In this document: in pieces, positions 37,757 through 50,580 of the stretch
Numbering within the stretch: the first letter of the stretch is position 1
Layout of the letters: each line of letters starts with the position of its first letter
Source: Phoronis australis
Lineage: Eukaryota; Animalia; Phoronida
Reading direction: 5' to 3'
Assembly: GCA_002633005.1 (NCBI GenBank)
Contig: NMRA01001037.1
Span: 1-64,000 of the forward strand
DNA: 64,000 nucleotides
Program-made: the position numbers and the translations under genes
Notes under the pieces: generated by a model
Databases searched by the model: none
The model's input: the letters and a program-made list of their open reading frames with translations, nothing else
Told to the model about the DNA's origin: nothing

Positions 37757-40700
37757 CTTTAAAAAAAGTCGTATACTCAGTCCTCAGGGGAGGCAAACAC
37801 AGTCTAAGCTCAGTACCATGCGTGACCTAGGGTCGAACTCGCCCTTTTCCATAAACTTTTAAAGTTCTGATTTGTTACTTTTCCACAAAACATGCTGCGA
37901 AATGATAAGGTTTTGTCACTATTAAATGTTTTAGTAACGATAACTATTTTGTGTGAACAGAATTTTAAGCCAAAACGTTTTACCTGGAATCTTTTCATTA
38001 AAACATTTCACATTATTTTTATATGTTCATGTGTATCCAACTAAAGTCAGTTCATGCAACACGATTAGCCGGCTCAGGGAAGACTTACTAACCACTTTAA
38101 ATCCCAAGTTGTGACTATAACAAAAGAGCCCTGATGACTGAGCCAGCTCAAACAAAATAATGGATTATCATGCACACACCCAGCCTCAAAAATGGGGTTC
38201 GAGTTTTTGAGAATGTGGTCTTTTTACTACGATTCACGGGTACGGTTGAGAGCTATGAATTGTGCGTTTGCCGAAATCTGTTTGTTCTCGCCTTTTTAGC
38301 GGACTTTTGTCTCGTTTTCTACTTTTTTCAATGTTCTGCTTCTCCGAGATCATGCCTTGTTGCCCACTTCGACAAATGGGGGGCTCATTTGAGCCTCCCC
38401 CCACCCTGGATGCGTGCATGATTGTCACGGGATATTCCCAGCATGCATCCTACAATCAATCCAATGTAGTGGATAAAGTTATTGACAGGATGATGGATAT
38501 TGCTATTCAACCACGTGAACAAATAGATGCAAAAATTATAAACCACGACTACTGGATTTACTATAAAATAAATTTCCCAGTGTTAAAGTTATGTAGGTCC
38601 CAAGAAAAATGTCAAAATTTGGCAAACTAATGAACATCATATTTTCCGAAATAGCTGATCAGATTCAGATAGACTTTCCGATACTATGCTTTCGCACTGT
38701 AATCCAAACCACTGTTTGGAATTGTTTTTGAAATGTTCCAGCTTAGCATGAGGGACTCTCAAAATAAGACATGATTTTCATGAAAAAACCTAAAGTTGCA
38801 CAAAACGAAAACAAATGACGTTTAAGAGCTTTTGAGATCTCATCTTGAGGTTACGTTATTGAGATCACTGCTATCAATGTACCTTTTTGCGCAATTACAT
38901 AGAAGAACTTGGTCACGTGACCCAATTAATGACAAATTTTAGTAACAAGTCAAAAATCAAATTCTACAGGCTTTCCACTTACAGTAAGTGTCTATACTTT
39001 GTCTGGGTTAAAATCTACAGTTTTCGTAATATATTGGCAAATACATTGGACTGGTTTCATTAGTAGTACAGCTGTTAATTGAGTTAGAAATTTAAATAAT
39101 TAATAATTTTAATTATTAGAGGGACTTAAAAGTTATGGTTTCTTACCTCAATACATATGTGGTGCATACCACCAGACTTGTTTTTCTCCAAGAAGCCTTT
39201 GATAGGACTATTATCGCCTAGTGGGTGGAGCAACTGAAATACATTTCAGCCAATTAGCAACCACACTGACCTAAACGTTAGCAGTTAGATCCGCCTTGAT
39301 GGTACTGCTTTATTTGCAAACCATCTAAAGAATAACACATTAAAAATGTGGCAACAGTCGCTTACAGGGGTCGCTCATTTTGAGAACCAGTTTTCTCCAC
39401 TGAATAATGAACATCAAGTTGGTTCTCGAAATCTGGAACCCCTGTGAGTGATGATCATACAAATAAAATTCATTAGCCGTACTGTATGCTAAATAGGTGA
39501 AAAAGTGTCGTAAAGTTGATTCCTGGGTTGTGAAGTAAAGCTCAAGTCGGCAATTGGGATAAAAACATGTTTTGTGTACTGTACAGCAAAAGGGAAGTGA
39601 ACATGACAGCGTTTTCCAGTTCAGTGAATTTACCAGATGAAGGGGATTCTGAGCATCTGATAACATCTAGCTTCTTTGTTAACTGCCATGCAAAGTCTTT
39701 TGTCTGTTATGACAACAATCAGGCCAATTATCTACCAGGCTTATTACAGACCACGTGTGAACACCGTCAAACCCAGAGTGAATTGGTACATTCAGAAAGA
39801 ATAGATTATCGTAATTTCGGTTGCAGTTGGGCAATTTTGGCGATTCAAAAAGTAAACATGATCACTATTAGATGAGGATTTCAGAATTGCTATTGGTTTA
39901 TGTTCAAATATGTTATAACTTAACTTTTATTTTTAACAGCACAGCCCGGGCAGGCTAGCTACGATCTTTTTGAAGATTAGAGCAATTATCAAACAAAAGA
40001 GAGCTGGCCCTGCAACCATGAATGCCAGAATGGAGTTAATCAGTCGTGTAAGATATTGGCTACACGGGTAAACTTCCCAACTTGTTGTTGGGAAAAAGAA
40101 TCGAACAAGTTGGGAGCAACAGGAAAACGCCATAATGGGTGTGTTATAGGGGATTGTTTCAGGCAGTCTTTTGCGTCTCAAAGTTTATTCCATGTTGGTT
40201 TTGAGCTGTGGCTCCATTAATGCTAAATGCTTCATCTCAGACACCCATTATCACAACACTAGTCTCCATGTGAACACACCGTTGTTGTCCATGTGAACAC
40301 ACCGTTGTTGTCCATGTGAACACACCATAGTTGTCCATGTGAACACACCGTTGTTGTCCATGTGAACACACCGTTGTTGTCCATGTGAACACACCATAGT
40401 TGTCCATGTGAACACACCGTTGTTGTCCGTATGAACTCACCTCCAGTTTTGTATTGCCCAGTTCAACAAACACAGTGTAGACTCCGTGCTCGGGCAGTGA
40501 CTGTAACACAGATGGAACATGTGTATGAATTAACAAAATGCAGGACACGATATGGTGGACAAGTGAAACTTAAGTTTCTAATTAGCACGACCTCAGATTG
40601 TGTTTGACATCCTGGGAAAATGGGCACTGTTACAGCTGTATGCCTTTCTTTTTTTTAGTCAACGAAAATTTACACCCAATTCGTCACACTTTTGGCAACC

Positions 40701-43700
40701 TCAGTGTTTGCTTTATGACCTGAGATTTCTACCAGGTCGTCAAATGCGAATTGGCATTTAGATAAGCGTCAATCGCTGTAAATTATTTTATAACATAAGT
40801 TGCACCAATCTAGGTTGGACCACAGCTACCACGAGACAAAGTTAAAGATATTATTCAGGCTCTCACAACGATGTTAGATGCCCTTGTAAAATGAAAAATA
40901 TGAACTTTTGCAACTAACTTTGTCCGAAATTGGTCAGATTTTACCAAAGATGAGTAAGAAGAGACATATATAGCAGAATTAGTTAAGCTAAAACAAATTA
41001 AACCAAGGTTACAAACTGTCAAAATATTGCACTATCCTCTGTGGACTCTACCAGTGTCTATAGACTATCATGTTATATCCTCCGTTTATCTAATGTCCAC
41101 TATAACTATCCATAATATGACATGGTGGCAGCCTAGGTAAAACACATCACAGAACCCAGAGACATGGCAATTTAAAGGACATTCACCTCCAGTGGAGAAC
41201 TAAACACATGTGTTGTGCAACCAGCTACCAACAATGCCAGTGGCGGCTGTGACCTGATCCTGCAGTACTCGTCTGACCTTCAAACAAACGAGTCCCAGCT
41301 GGTGAGTCATTTCCAATTTCATACATGAACAAGTGAGATATAGCACAAAGTGCAAATGGTGATTTGAAATGACTTAATTGGCATTCAGCTTCCTAAGTTC
41401 AACTGGACTGATGGCAATTTACCCCTAGAGTTTATGCTACTTTGTGGTCATTTTGAGTACGCCAACTTATGCTAACCAACCAGAAGCTACTAAAGTTAAC
41501 TACATACATGTAGTACTATTATGGATGGGACCTAAAGCTCTCCAACTTTGACAGCTGGACTGACCTCACTGCTGACCAAAAGCAAAATCCAGCAGACGTT
41601 TGGTCCAAATTTGAGACGCATTTTGAACCAAAATCCAGTTTCTGTCTTTGTCGTTTCCAACTGCAGGAGATGAGACAAGGGGGGGTCAGAGCCCATTGAC
41701 GATTATGTGGCCCGATTGCGCATGCAAGCAGAAAAATGCAATTTCTGCGATCGCAAAGCAATTGACGACTCAGTACTCAACCAGATCACCCAAGGTGCCT
41801 ACAATAAACAGGTGCACGAAGCAGATTCTTGAGCGTGACCCTGACAGTTTAACTCTTGCGAAAGCACTCGACATTGCAAGAACGTATGAAACAACTCAGG
41901 CACAGATGTTGCAAATAGGTCGACAAGAAGAAGTCCATGCAGTGCGCCGGCAGCCTAGTAGGCGACCAGCTCATAAATCACATTATTCAGCAACGTTTCA
42001 TAAGTGTGGGTATCGTAGCAATGCAGCCACTGAGACATGCCCAACCGAACGTCAAGAATGCAATTACTGCAAGAAACCAGGGCACTGGAGTGCCGTGTGC
42101 AGACTAAAAAAGCGTGAAAATAAGCAGTACAGTCAGAAGCATCCTCAGCAACAACGACAACAAAGACATGGACAACAAAAACAGCAACAACAGCAACAAG
42201 TCGTCCCCCCACGCAGTGACACCTCAACAGTAGAAAGCAAGGAATGCATATGCACGCGACCAAGTTTGAAGAGCTGAGTTTTGAGCACTTAACTCTTGAT
42301 GCCGTCAATACACCCTCGGGTGACAAAGATTTTGCAGTCACCAGAATTAATCATCCAACATTAAATAACATTGGCCTGTGGGGAAAACTTGACAACGGAG
42401 CCAGTGGCAATGTCATGCCCCTTGACAGTTTCATCCACATGATCCCAGGGGAAATCGCCAATGGTAAGCCCACAAGAACAGAGCCATCCAACATCCGAAT
42501 GTTCGCTTACAGTGGCAGTTCGATCCCCAACCTAGGAAAAATCTCATTCCAATGCAAATGGGGCAACAGCGATTGGCATCAGTTCGATATCTTATTAACT
42601 GACGTGAAAGGACCAATTTCGTTTGGTAAACAGTTGTGTCAAACCCTTGGACTCATCACTGTCAATTGTTCCGTACAGTCTGTACTGCCAAGACAGATCA
42701 TCAACAATAACAAAGACCTCAGATGGTGTTATCCTGACAGATTTGACGGGATAGGGAAGTTTGCAAAATCAGGTAAACTTACCCTCATCAACAATGCTAA
42801 ACCGGTGAAACATCCACCCAGACAAGCGCCTGTACAGCCAAGAGATAAAATCAAGGCAGAGTTAAACCGGATGGAGACCCTTGGTGTCATCCGGAAGATA
42901 GATGAGCCCACTGACTGGGTATCTAGCATCACCTATGTCCAAAAAGCAGATGGCAGTTTGCGTATATGCCTTGACCCCAAGGACCTGAACTTAGCTTTAA
43001 AACGGGGACAGCATTATATCCCTACCTTGGAAGAAACAACGCAGGCGCAACAGTGTTTTCCAAGCTCGATGCCAAATCTGGGTACTGGTCTGTCCAACTC
43101 GATGCAGAGAACCAGCTCCTTACCACATTTAACAGCTCATTTGGCCATTTTTGTTTCCAGCGACTTCCTTTTGGATTGCGAACAAGTCAAGATCAGTTTC
43201 AAGCAGCCATGGACGAAATACTTGCAGGTCTACAGGGTGTCATATCTATAGCGGATGACATCACAGGTTCCGTACTTGGCACCATATGTTCCTAAGCTAA
43301 GCGACACATCAGGACCACTACGACAGCTCCTAAAAAAGATGCCAACTATCGGTGGTGCCCAGAAAACCAACAGGCTTTTGACAAACTGAAGTCCCTCAAC
43401 CAACGTGCTAGTAGTGTACGATATTTCAATCCCAAGGAACCAACTACAATCCAGGTCGATGCTTTACAGAGTAATTCTTGGGAGCTGCCCTCATACAAGA
43501 TGATAAGCCGATAGCTTTTGCCTCCAAAAGCCTAATTAACACCAACTGAGCAGCAATACGCTAACATTGAGCGGGAATTTTCAGCGTGTGTTTTTGGTGC
43601 CCAACGATTCCACACATGCATATATGGAAGTCTGTTTATTTTGGAATCTGACCACAAGCCCCTAGAAGTAATCGCATAGAAAACCCTGTCTGCAACCTTG

Positions 43701-46700
43701 TCTCCAACATCTTCTTCTACGACTCCAGAAGTATGGTTATACCAATAAATATCGACCATGTAAAGAAATGGTATTAGCAGACAGCCTGCCACGTCTACCA
43801 AAGACATCCACAGATCGTGAAATCCAACTTGATCTAAAAGTTTGTTTTGTTCAGTTCTCATCCGAGCGACTGAATGAAATTCATTTCAAAACACAAAAAG
43901 ATGTCCAACTATCATTGTTGAGCGACTTCATCAGCACTGGTTTCCCAAGTACCATGAGAGAACTCCAAGCAAGTCTCAGGCCATACTGTAGCTTCAAAGA
44001 CGAACTGAGCCTGGAAGATGGCAATGAGAAATGCGTCATAATTCCAGCTACCCTTCAACAACTTTATTCAGCAAAGACACATGGCAGACATCAAGGCATC
44101 ACACGGTGTCAACAGCTATCCAAAGACAGTGTTTTCTGGTGTGAGATTTCCGATGATATAACCATCTTGGTTGGTAGTTGTGAAACCTGCCAACAATATC
44201 AGCGATCTCCATCAAAGGAGCCCTTCGAATCAATAAGCCAAGACGTACCAAATGTGCCGTGGCACTCTCTCAGTGCTGACTTGTTTCAATTGGACGGCTG
44301 CAAATACCTTCTCATCGCAGACTTTTCCACATGCTATCCTGTTCTCCACAAGCTTGCATCCAACACTTCAAGCCATACCATCAGCAAACTCGTGATCAAA
44401 ACCCTTGTAATGTTTGGAGTTCCGAATTCCATTATCATAGACAACGGCCCCCAATTTATAGGCAAACCATTTAAAGAGCTCATGGCCAGATATGGGAACA
44501 CCCACGGTACTTCCACCCCACACCATCCACGGTCTCATGGCTTCATTGAAAGGATGGTGGGCGTCATGAAAACGCTGTTAAAAAAATCACCAATTGACAT
44601 CGACAATAGCCTTCTACATTATCGAACAACTCTCCAAGGTGCAAACTCCCCATCACCAGCTAAACTACTTTTTGGATGCAAACTTGGCGGGAACCTCCCC
44701 AAGTACACCAACCCAAACAGCCCAAGACCTCCAGTAGCTACCATAGGTGGATGAGAACTTCCAGAACCGTCAACAAACCAACTCATCTATTAACAAGACG
44801 TAGCGAAGAAGGATTGGATTCCTGGCATCATAACTGGAACTGGCCCTGAGCCAAGATCATATTCTATCCAATGTAGTCGAACAGGTCAATTCTTGCGTAG
44901 AAATCGCTGCCATCAAACAGCGCACCACAGCATATCCAGTGTAGAGAACCCCACAACCAAGATCACTGAGCCTTGTCCAGCCACACCTGACACAGCTCAA
45001 CCAACCACACAAACTCATCCCATTGCAACAATGACATCAGCAATGAGGGTCAGCCTCAGCCTCAGTCTCAGCCTCAGCCTCAGCCTCAGCCTCAGCCTCA
45101 GCCTCAGCCTCAGCCTCAGCCTCAGCCTCAGTCTCAGCCTCATCCTTCAAGCACAAGTAACCTAACTACCCACAGCCAAATTTTCATCAAAGTTTTCACT
45201 TCAAAACACCCTTCCCACACCTTATACATTCAAGATATTTGGACACGCTCTTATGCACACCATCTACAAAAAATTCACCCACCGAAACCCAGACAATTCA
45301 TTTTTCTGTTCAAAATTTAGGCTAAGTTGGGCAGTTTTCTATAGACCTTTATGGAACGTTAATCATTTTTAAACCCCCGCACTTGACTGTTTAAATGGAT
45401 TGGGTGATAACCCGCACGAGCACGGGTAGTTCTTGCATGAACACACTGGGAGTACCTGAGGTTCGCTGACATTCTGAGCACCTAATACGTCTCGATACAG
45501 CATGGTAGCTTTCTCTAGATCAGGCACTGCTATGGCAACGTGGTTCAGTCGCCCTAGCGACCATACCGAACTAGGAACTGCCTGAAATGATAGAACGTTA
45601 TACAGAAATCACTCATCCTTTCAATATGTACTTCATTGGGAATATCTGCAATGTTACCCTAGCCGGTTTCAAGCCAATTGAGGAAAATACTAGGACACAA
45701 AAAAAAATTCTTATGGAAAGTTCAATGGACAAGACAGCCAAAAACTGGAAGGATTGCAACTGAACTCTAAAATCCTTTTCAAATGGGAGCACAACATCTT
45801 TTTGATTTTAAGTTAAGTAAATAATATAGATCACCTGTTATCTTGATGATAGGCATTCTGTCTTAATTACCGTAACGCTCACATGCACTAACTAAGCATG
45901 GAATAATACAACACAATGTACACCATTTTACTCAGGCTCTGAGTTCACTCCACAAGGGTAAGTTAATTAGGATACTAGTGCCCAGTTTGTTTACACCACT
46001 GGTACCTCGTCCTAGGGTGATCGGACACCATCTGTTTGCCAGGCCACAGACAGTCACGCGTTTTTCAATGGAACAATTTATGGAAACGTAAGCTTATCTT
46101 TGGCAAATGTGAATCCATTTTGACCAAAACCATACTGCTGTGGTTGACATAAGGTAATTTATAATTAACTTTCAAAATTAAATGAGAAAAATGCAACATT
46201 TGAAATAACCAAATGCTCAGGCAAATTCCACTCACAGACAGCAGACGGATTATCACTGTAGTAAATCAACATCAAGCTGAAGCCTAAACACAATCGTTGC
46301 ATACTTGTAAGATGGCCGTCCCCAATATACAGTGAGACGTAGGACTTCGGGCATTGAGCAGAATGACAACTCAGCAAAAGACTGGCATATGATGGTTCTA
46401 CATTCATTTTCACTGAACAAATCATGTCACACGACTTTCTAAGATATCTTATGTACCTTTGCATTGCTTTTCAGACTTTGTGTCGTCCCCAGATATCGGC
46501 AGTTTGAAAGCTGAAATCAAAACCATATAATAGTAGCAAACTAAGCTGATTATGTAGTTAAAAACACTGAGTGAAACCTAGTCCTACTCACAGCTTTGTA
46601 TCAATGTGGGTAAATATAGCCAAATAAAATCTGATACAAAATTGGTGTCATTTAAAACTAAACTTTTCCTAACTAAATTTTTTACCGCTATTAGATAAAT

Positions 46701-47460
46701 AGGCGTTCTAGAGTTATCCTGCAACTTAAGTTGTGGAGCGATCTTATGTCACAAAATATGGGAACTGGTTTCACTTCCCTACAAGTTTTTAGTATTTTGA
46801 TAACAGTGACAGCAAACAAAATTTAATAAAAAAATTTGCCCCAGCCAAGCTGCACCCAATCATCTTACGAGAGGTTGCAAAAACTTAAGGAAATGGTGTA
46901 TACGCATGTCACGAGCGTGCTGATCGTTAGGTCTACACGTTGATATAAGTTTCACAACAAGGTGACGAGCAGAACTACCTGAGCTTAATGCCCATTGGTT
47001 CCTGGGGTTCCTGGCGGTATGTTAGCTACTTATACAGTCATATGATATACTTTTCAATCATACAACTAGCTGGCTGACTAAGCCGTGGATACACTCATAA
47101 TTGACTTCACAGGTTCTGCTGTGAGAACCGATTGGTTCTCAACGACCATCTGCAGGTCAGATGTCTAAGCAGGCGGAGCCGGCGAAGTCAATCAAGTGCC
47201 GACAAGTATGACTATGTCTATGAACAAGTCAAATGCCGGCATTTGGCAGTCGGACTTGGACAGATTGCCAAGGTCATTGGCAGGTCATAATAAAACTTTA
47301 TAACAACGCAACTACGACAGGTCATGAACTGTTACTTTTAACTCCTGGTTGTACAACAGACATGCCCAAGTCCAATTGTAAAAGACAGTAAACTCAAAAC
47401 AAAGTCGCAAACCGTTTGTTTTGAAATGCGTAAAAGACTTCTGCCAAAGTAAGTCGCCAT
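37604..47460 (-). CDS. MCEE: Methylmalonyl-CoA epimerase, mitochondrial; join(47460-47413,46510-46457,45581-45456,40500-40441,39233-39147,37756-37604), 175 aa
   Basis: Spliced protein contains WSLGRLNHVAIAVPDLEKA, LPEHGVYTVFVELGNTKLELLHPLG, GGMHHICIEVD and IGAHGKPVMFLHPKDCNGVLVELEQA*, near-identical to human MCEE motifs (VOC fold metal ligands H, E, H, E). All introns are GT-AG phase 0. Exons 1-2 (basic presequence) are inferred. Confidence 0.93.
38169..38420 (+). mobile_element. MITE family 2 copy
   Basis: CATGCACACACCCAG...CTGGATGCGTGCATG; flanks ATTAT/ATTGT. Confidence 0.7.
39147..39233 (-). CDS. MCEE: MCEE exon 5
   Basis: LLHPLGDNSPIKGFLEKNKSGGMHHICIE; TTTCAG acceptor and GTAAGA donor. 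Confidence 0.95.
39340..40135 (-). mobile_element. Decayed non-LTR retrotransposon (CR1/L2-like) 3' fragment; dispersed repeat
   Basis: 39600-40135 aligns colinearly with 56160-56695; minus-strand peptide includes LNWKTL, reminiscent of the LxWxxL motif after CR1/L2 RT. Confidence 0.5.
40265..40441. repeat. 23-bp minisatellite, 7 full units plus a partial unit containing the MCEE exon 4 donor
   Basis: Unit TCCATGTGAACACACC(GTT/ATA)GTTG arranged AABAABA. Confidence 0.95.
40441..40500 (-). CDS. MCEE: MCEE exon 4
   Basis: SLPEHGVYTVFVELGNTKLE; TTACAG acceptor and GTGAGT donor. Confidence 0.95.
41071..45160 (+). mobile_element. Truncated, decayed Ty3/Gypsy (Mag-like) element antisense in MCEE intron 3
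   Basis: PBS-like TGGTGGCAGC (tRNA-Leu type) at 41123-41132 after ...TGACA. Contains gag (CNYCKKPGHWSAVC), protease (KLDNGASGN), RT (ICLDPKDLN, IADDI), RNase H and integrase (DNGPQF, SHGFIERMV). No 3' LTR found. Confidence 0.9.
45051..45140 (+). repeat. (CAGCCT)15 microsatellite
   Basis: 15 units, two of them CAGTCT variants. Confidence 0.95.
45456..45581 (-). CDS. MCEE: MCEE exon 3
   Basis: AVPSSVWSLGRLNHVAIAVPDLEKATMLYRDVLGAQNVSEPQ. Confidence 0.95.
46457..46510 (-). CDS. MCEE: MCEE exon 2 (presequence, inferred)
   Basis: TTTCAG acceptor, LSNCRYLGTTQSLKSNAK, GTACAT donor; in phase, with an R-Y cleavage-like motif. Confidence 0.65.
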
Positions 47461-49743
47461 CTTTTATATAGTGACACCTAGCGATGAATTAGAAAACGAA
47501 AACTTTCGGGACAATGAATCATGATTCTGTTTTTGGAGTGCGGGGCTTCCTCGACATTCTTTTATAAAGATAAGAAAGACAAAAGCGCGTCGCCTCCAAA
47601 ATTAAATCAGCTGGACTTTCCAGATTTATTTGTGCAATGGAATGTGGTGATGAACTTGACTGAAGAAAAAGAACTTTGTTTATTATGAAATAGTCAGTAC
47701 AATGAAAATACAGACCCAGAAAGCGCCAAGAGGCATTGTATCTGGGCTAAACAAATACACAGAAATCTACATAAAATTATGCACATAAATACATCAATAA
47801 ATTGATTACAATGACATATAATAATGAATATAAATAAATCATTTTCATACACAATAAGTTATTTTACATGAATACAATTTTATCTACTAACACAGAGATT
47901 TACTATTAAAAACAAATTTGAAACAATTTCAAATGAAACCTTATTTTCATTTAGGTCGAGTTTTTTACATCCATTTAGAAAAAAAATTAATTTTGTTATA
48001 CAAGCTACGAAAATATGAGCATTTGTCAGAGTCTACACAGAAAAAGAGTGGGTGAAGAAATCAAGTTAAAGAAACTACAACCAGCTAGAGGGCTAGCAGT
48101 CACTAGTCAAATCATAAAAATAGCCGTCCACCATAGAAATATATTCGCCAGAAAATATTTTTTGAAATCACCAACATTCCACAAACTAGTCCCCAAAGCA
48201 CCTCATAAACACACAAACACAAAAATGGACAAAAATTACCGCTTTTTGCGCTCCAATTTCGGTGGGAAACCTCTTTAAAATTGAAAAGACAGTCTTCTGA
48301 TAGAGTGTTTCGATTTTTACAAAAATATTTTTTTTCTATATTTCGCTTCCACCGTTTTAAAACTACTTTACATATTTCACCTATGTGAACCAAAACTGGT
48401 TTATTGTGGGCCCAAAAGTTGATGATACTCTTTATCAACATTGTCCCAGATAATTTGAAATAAATCAAACCTTTTAAAAATATGTCACCAGAATATATAA
48501 GCACGCATGTTTTCAAAGTCTGAGTCGGTGATCCTAGAATCGACGGCGNCATGAACTGTTACTTTTCACTCCTGGTTGTACAATAGACATGCCCAAGTCC
48601 AATTGTAAAAGACAGTAAACTCAAAACAAAGTCGCAAACCGTTTGTTTTGAAATGCGTAAAAGACTTCTGCCAAAGTAAGTCGCCATCTTTCATATAGTG
48701 ACACCTAGCGATGAATTAGAAAACGAAAACTTCCGGGACAATGTCAACCAATCCAGGACAATCATGATTCTGTTTTTGGAGTGCGGGGCTTCCTCGATAT
48801 TCTTTTATAAAGATAAGAAAGACAAAAGCGCGCGGCTTCCAAAATTCAATCAGCTGGACTTTTCAGATTTATTTGTACAATGGAATGTGGTGATGAACTT
48901 AACTGAAGAAAAAGAACTTTGTTTATTATGAAATAGTCAGTACAATGAAAATACAGACCCAGAAAGCGGTAAGAGGCATTGTATCTGGGCTAAACAAATA
49001 CACAGAAATGTATATATAATTATGCACACAAATACATCAATAAATTGATTACAATGACATATAATATAACAATTTTATCTACTAACACAGAGATTTATTA
49101 TTAAAAACAAATTTGAAACAATTTCGAATGAAACCTTATTTTCATTTAGGTCGAGTTCTTTACATTCACTTAGAAAAAAAAATAATTTTGTTATACAAGC
49201 TACGAAAATATGAGCATTTGTCAGAGTCTACACAGAAAAAGAGTGGGTGAAGAAATCAAGTTAAAGAAACTACAACCAGCTAGAGGGCTAGCAGTCACTA
49301 GTCAAATCATAAAAATAGCCGTCCACCATAGAAATATATTCGCCAGAAAATATTTTTTGAAATCACCAACATTCCACAAACTAGTCCCCAAAGCACCTCA
49401 TAAACACACAAACACAAAAATGGACAAAAATTACCGCTTTTTGCGCTCCAATTTCGGTGGGAAACCTCTTTAAAATTGAAAAGACAGTCTTCTGATAGAG
49501 TGTTTCGATTTTTACAAAAATATTTTTTTTCTATATTTCGCTTCCACCGTTTTAAAACTACTTTACATATTTCACCTATGTGAACCAAAACTGGTTTATT
49601 GTGGGCCCAAAAGTTGATGATACTCTTTATCAACATTGTCCCAGATAATTTGAAATAAATCAAACCTTTTAAAAATATGTCACCAGAATATATAAGCACG
49701 CATGTTTTCAAAGTCTGAGTCGGTGATCCTAGAATCGACGGCG
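47323..49743. repeat. ~1.2-kb near-identical tandem duplication joined by one N (likely allelic assembly overlap); duplicates MCEE exon 1
   Basis: 47323-48548 versus 48550-49743 with N at 48549; small indels; second exon 1 copy at 48640-48687. Confidence 0.85.
47413..47460 (-). CDS. MCEE: MCEE exon 1 (inferred)
   Basis: AAGATGGCG start context; MATYFGRSLLRISKQT (basic, no acidic residues); GTTTGC donor. Confidence 0.65.
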
Positions 49744-49921
49744 TGGGGCGGCAGTAAATAATGCTAAGAAACCCACAGTTAAAACGTACAAGGCAAATTA
49801 TCACCGTCAATGAGTCCTCATGAAACACTTTTTTCACATCTGAAATGCTCCACAATATAAAAGAATAATTTCTTTGCCCACAATTTTCTGTCCTTGCTTA
49901 ACGTTTTCCCTCTTGCCTACG

Positions 49922-49925
<4 letters not shown>

Positions 49926-49999
<74 letters not shown>

Positions 50000-50000
50000 N
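49926..50000. other. Poly-C run ending in N
   Basis: 74 C followed by N; probably a low-quality contig end. Confidence 0.7.
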
Positions 50001-50294
50001 CCAAAAGCGATCTGGCACACGAATAAAGGTCATAGTTGATGCGAATTTGTAAGTCATCTATGAATGGGTTCAATTAAATATTCCCCCTTCCCCCTAAGGC
50101 CTTTTGTTATACACATCGGGAACTCCTTTTAAAGAATCTGTTCATGTAGTTTGTATGTTTGGAACCCAATTCCATTTATGGTGTGCGCCAAGTGGGACTT
50201 CGCAACAGGTAACTATGGTGGGCGTGGCCTAACATAGTGTGTCGACATTGCCCATTGAGTGTATCTTATAGAACAACGGGGAGTGACTGCATGA

Positions 50295-50580
50295 AGCCTC
50301 GTCACGTGACTTCTTTGTTTCCCGCCAATGAGATTCAATTGAATATTGCTGTTCGAATAACGAAACCAGTGCTTTTGAGACGAGAGAGACGTGCGATTAT
50401 TACTGCCAGCGATTACTACTGCGATATACGAAACCTTATCACTGCTACTACGAGATATGTATCATGTGAAATCTTTACTACTATTACAACTGCTACTACA
50501 AGATCTATATAATATATTGTGTGGAGTGCCTGAACAAGTGATAATGCCTTTCATTTCCGTGGATCCATCACCCAGTAAGT
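50295..50580 (+). promoter_or_regulatory. Putative promoter and first exon of a divergently transcribed gene (MPFISVDPSP then GTAAGT)
   Basis: GTCACGTGAC E-box, TTTCCCGCC E2F-like site and CCAAT at about 50300-50330; ATG 50544; consensus donor at 50575; no downstream exon identified. Confidence 0.35.

Noticed and set aside
40265-40441. CRISPR-like array
   Set aside because: Units are contiguous with no unique spacers, no cas genes are present and the context is eukaryotic; it is a minisatellite.
45410-45435. Helitron 3' hairpin ACCCGCACGAGCACGGGT
   Set aside because: Imperfect stem, no CTAG terminus, no 5' TC end located.
48015-49855. Repeated 87-aa and 146-182-aa ORFs
   Set aside because: AT-rich non-coding DNA repeated only because of the N-joined duplication; no domain similarity seen.
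49834-50073. Poly-glycine ORF or G-quadruplex
   Set aside because: Pure C homopolymer ending at an N; likely a sequencing or assembly artefact.
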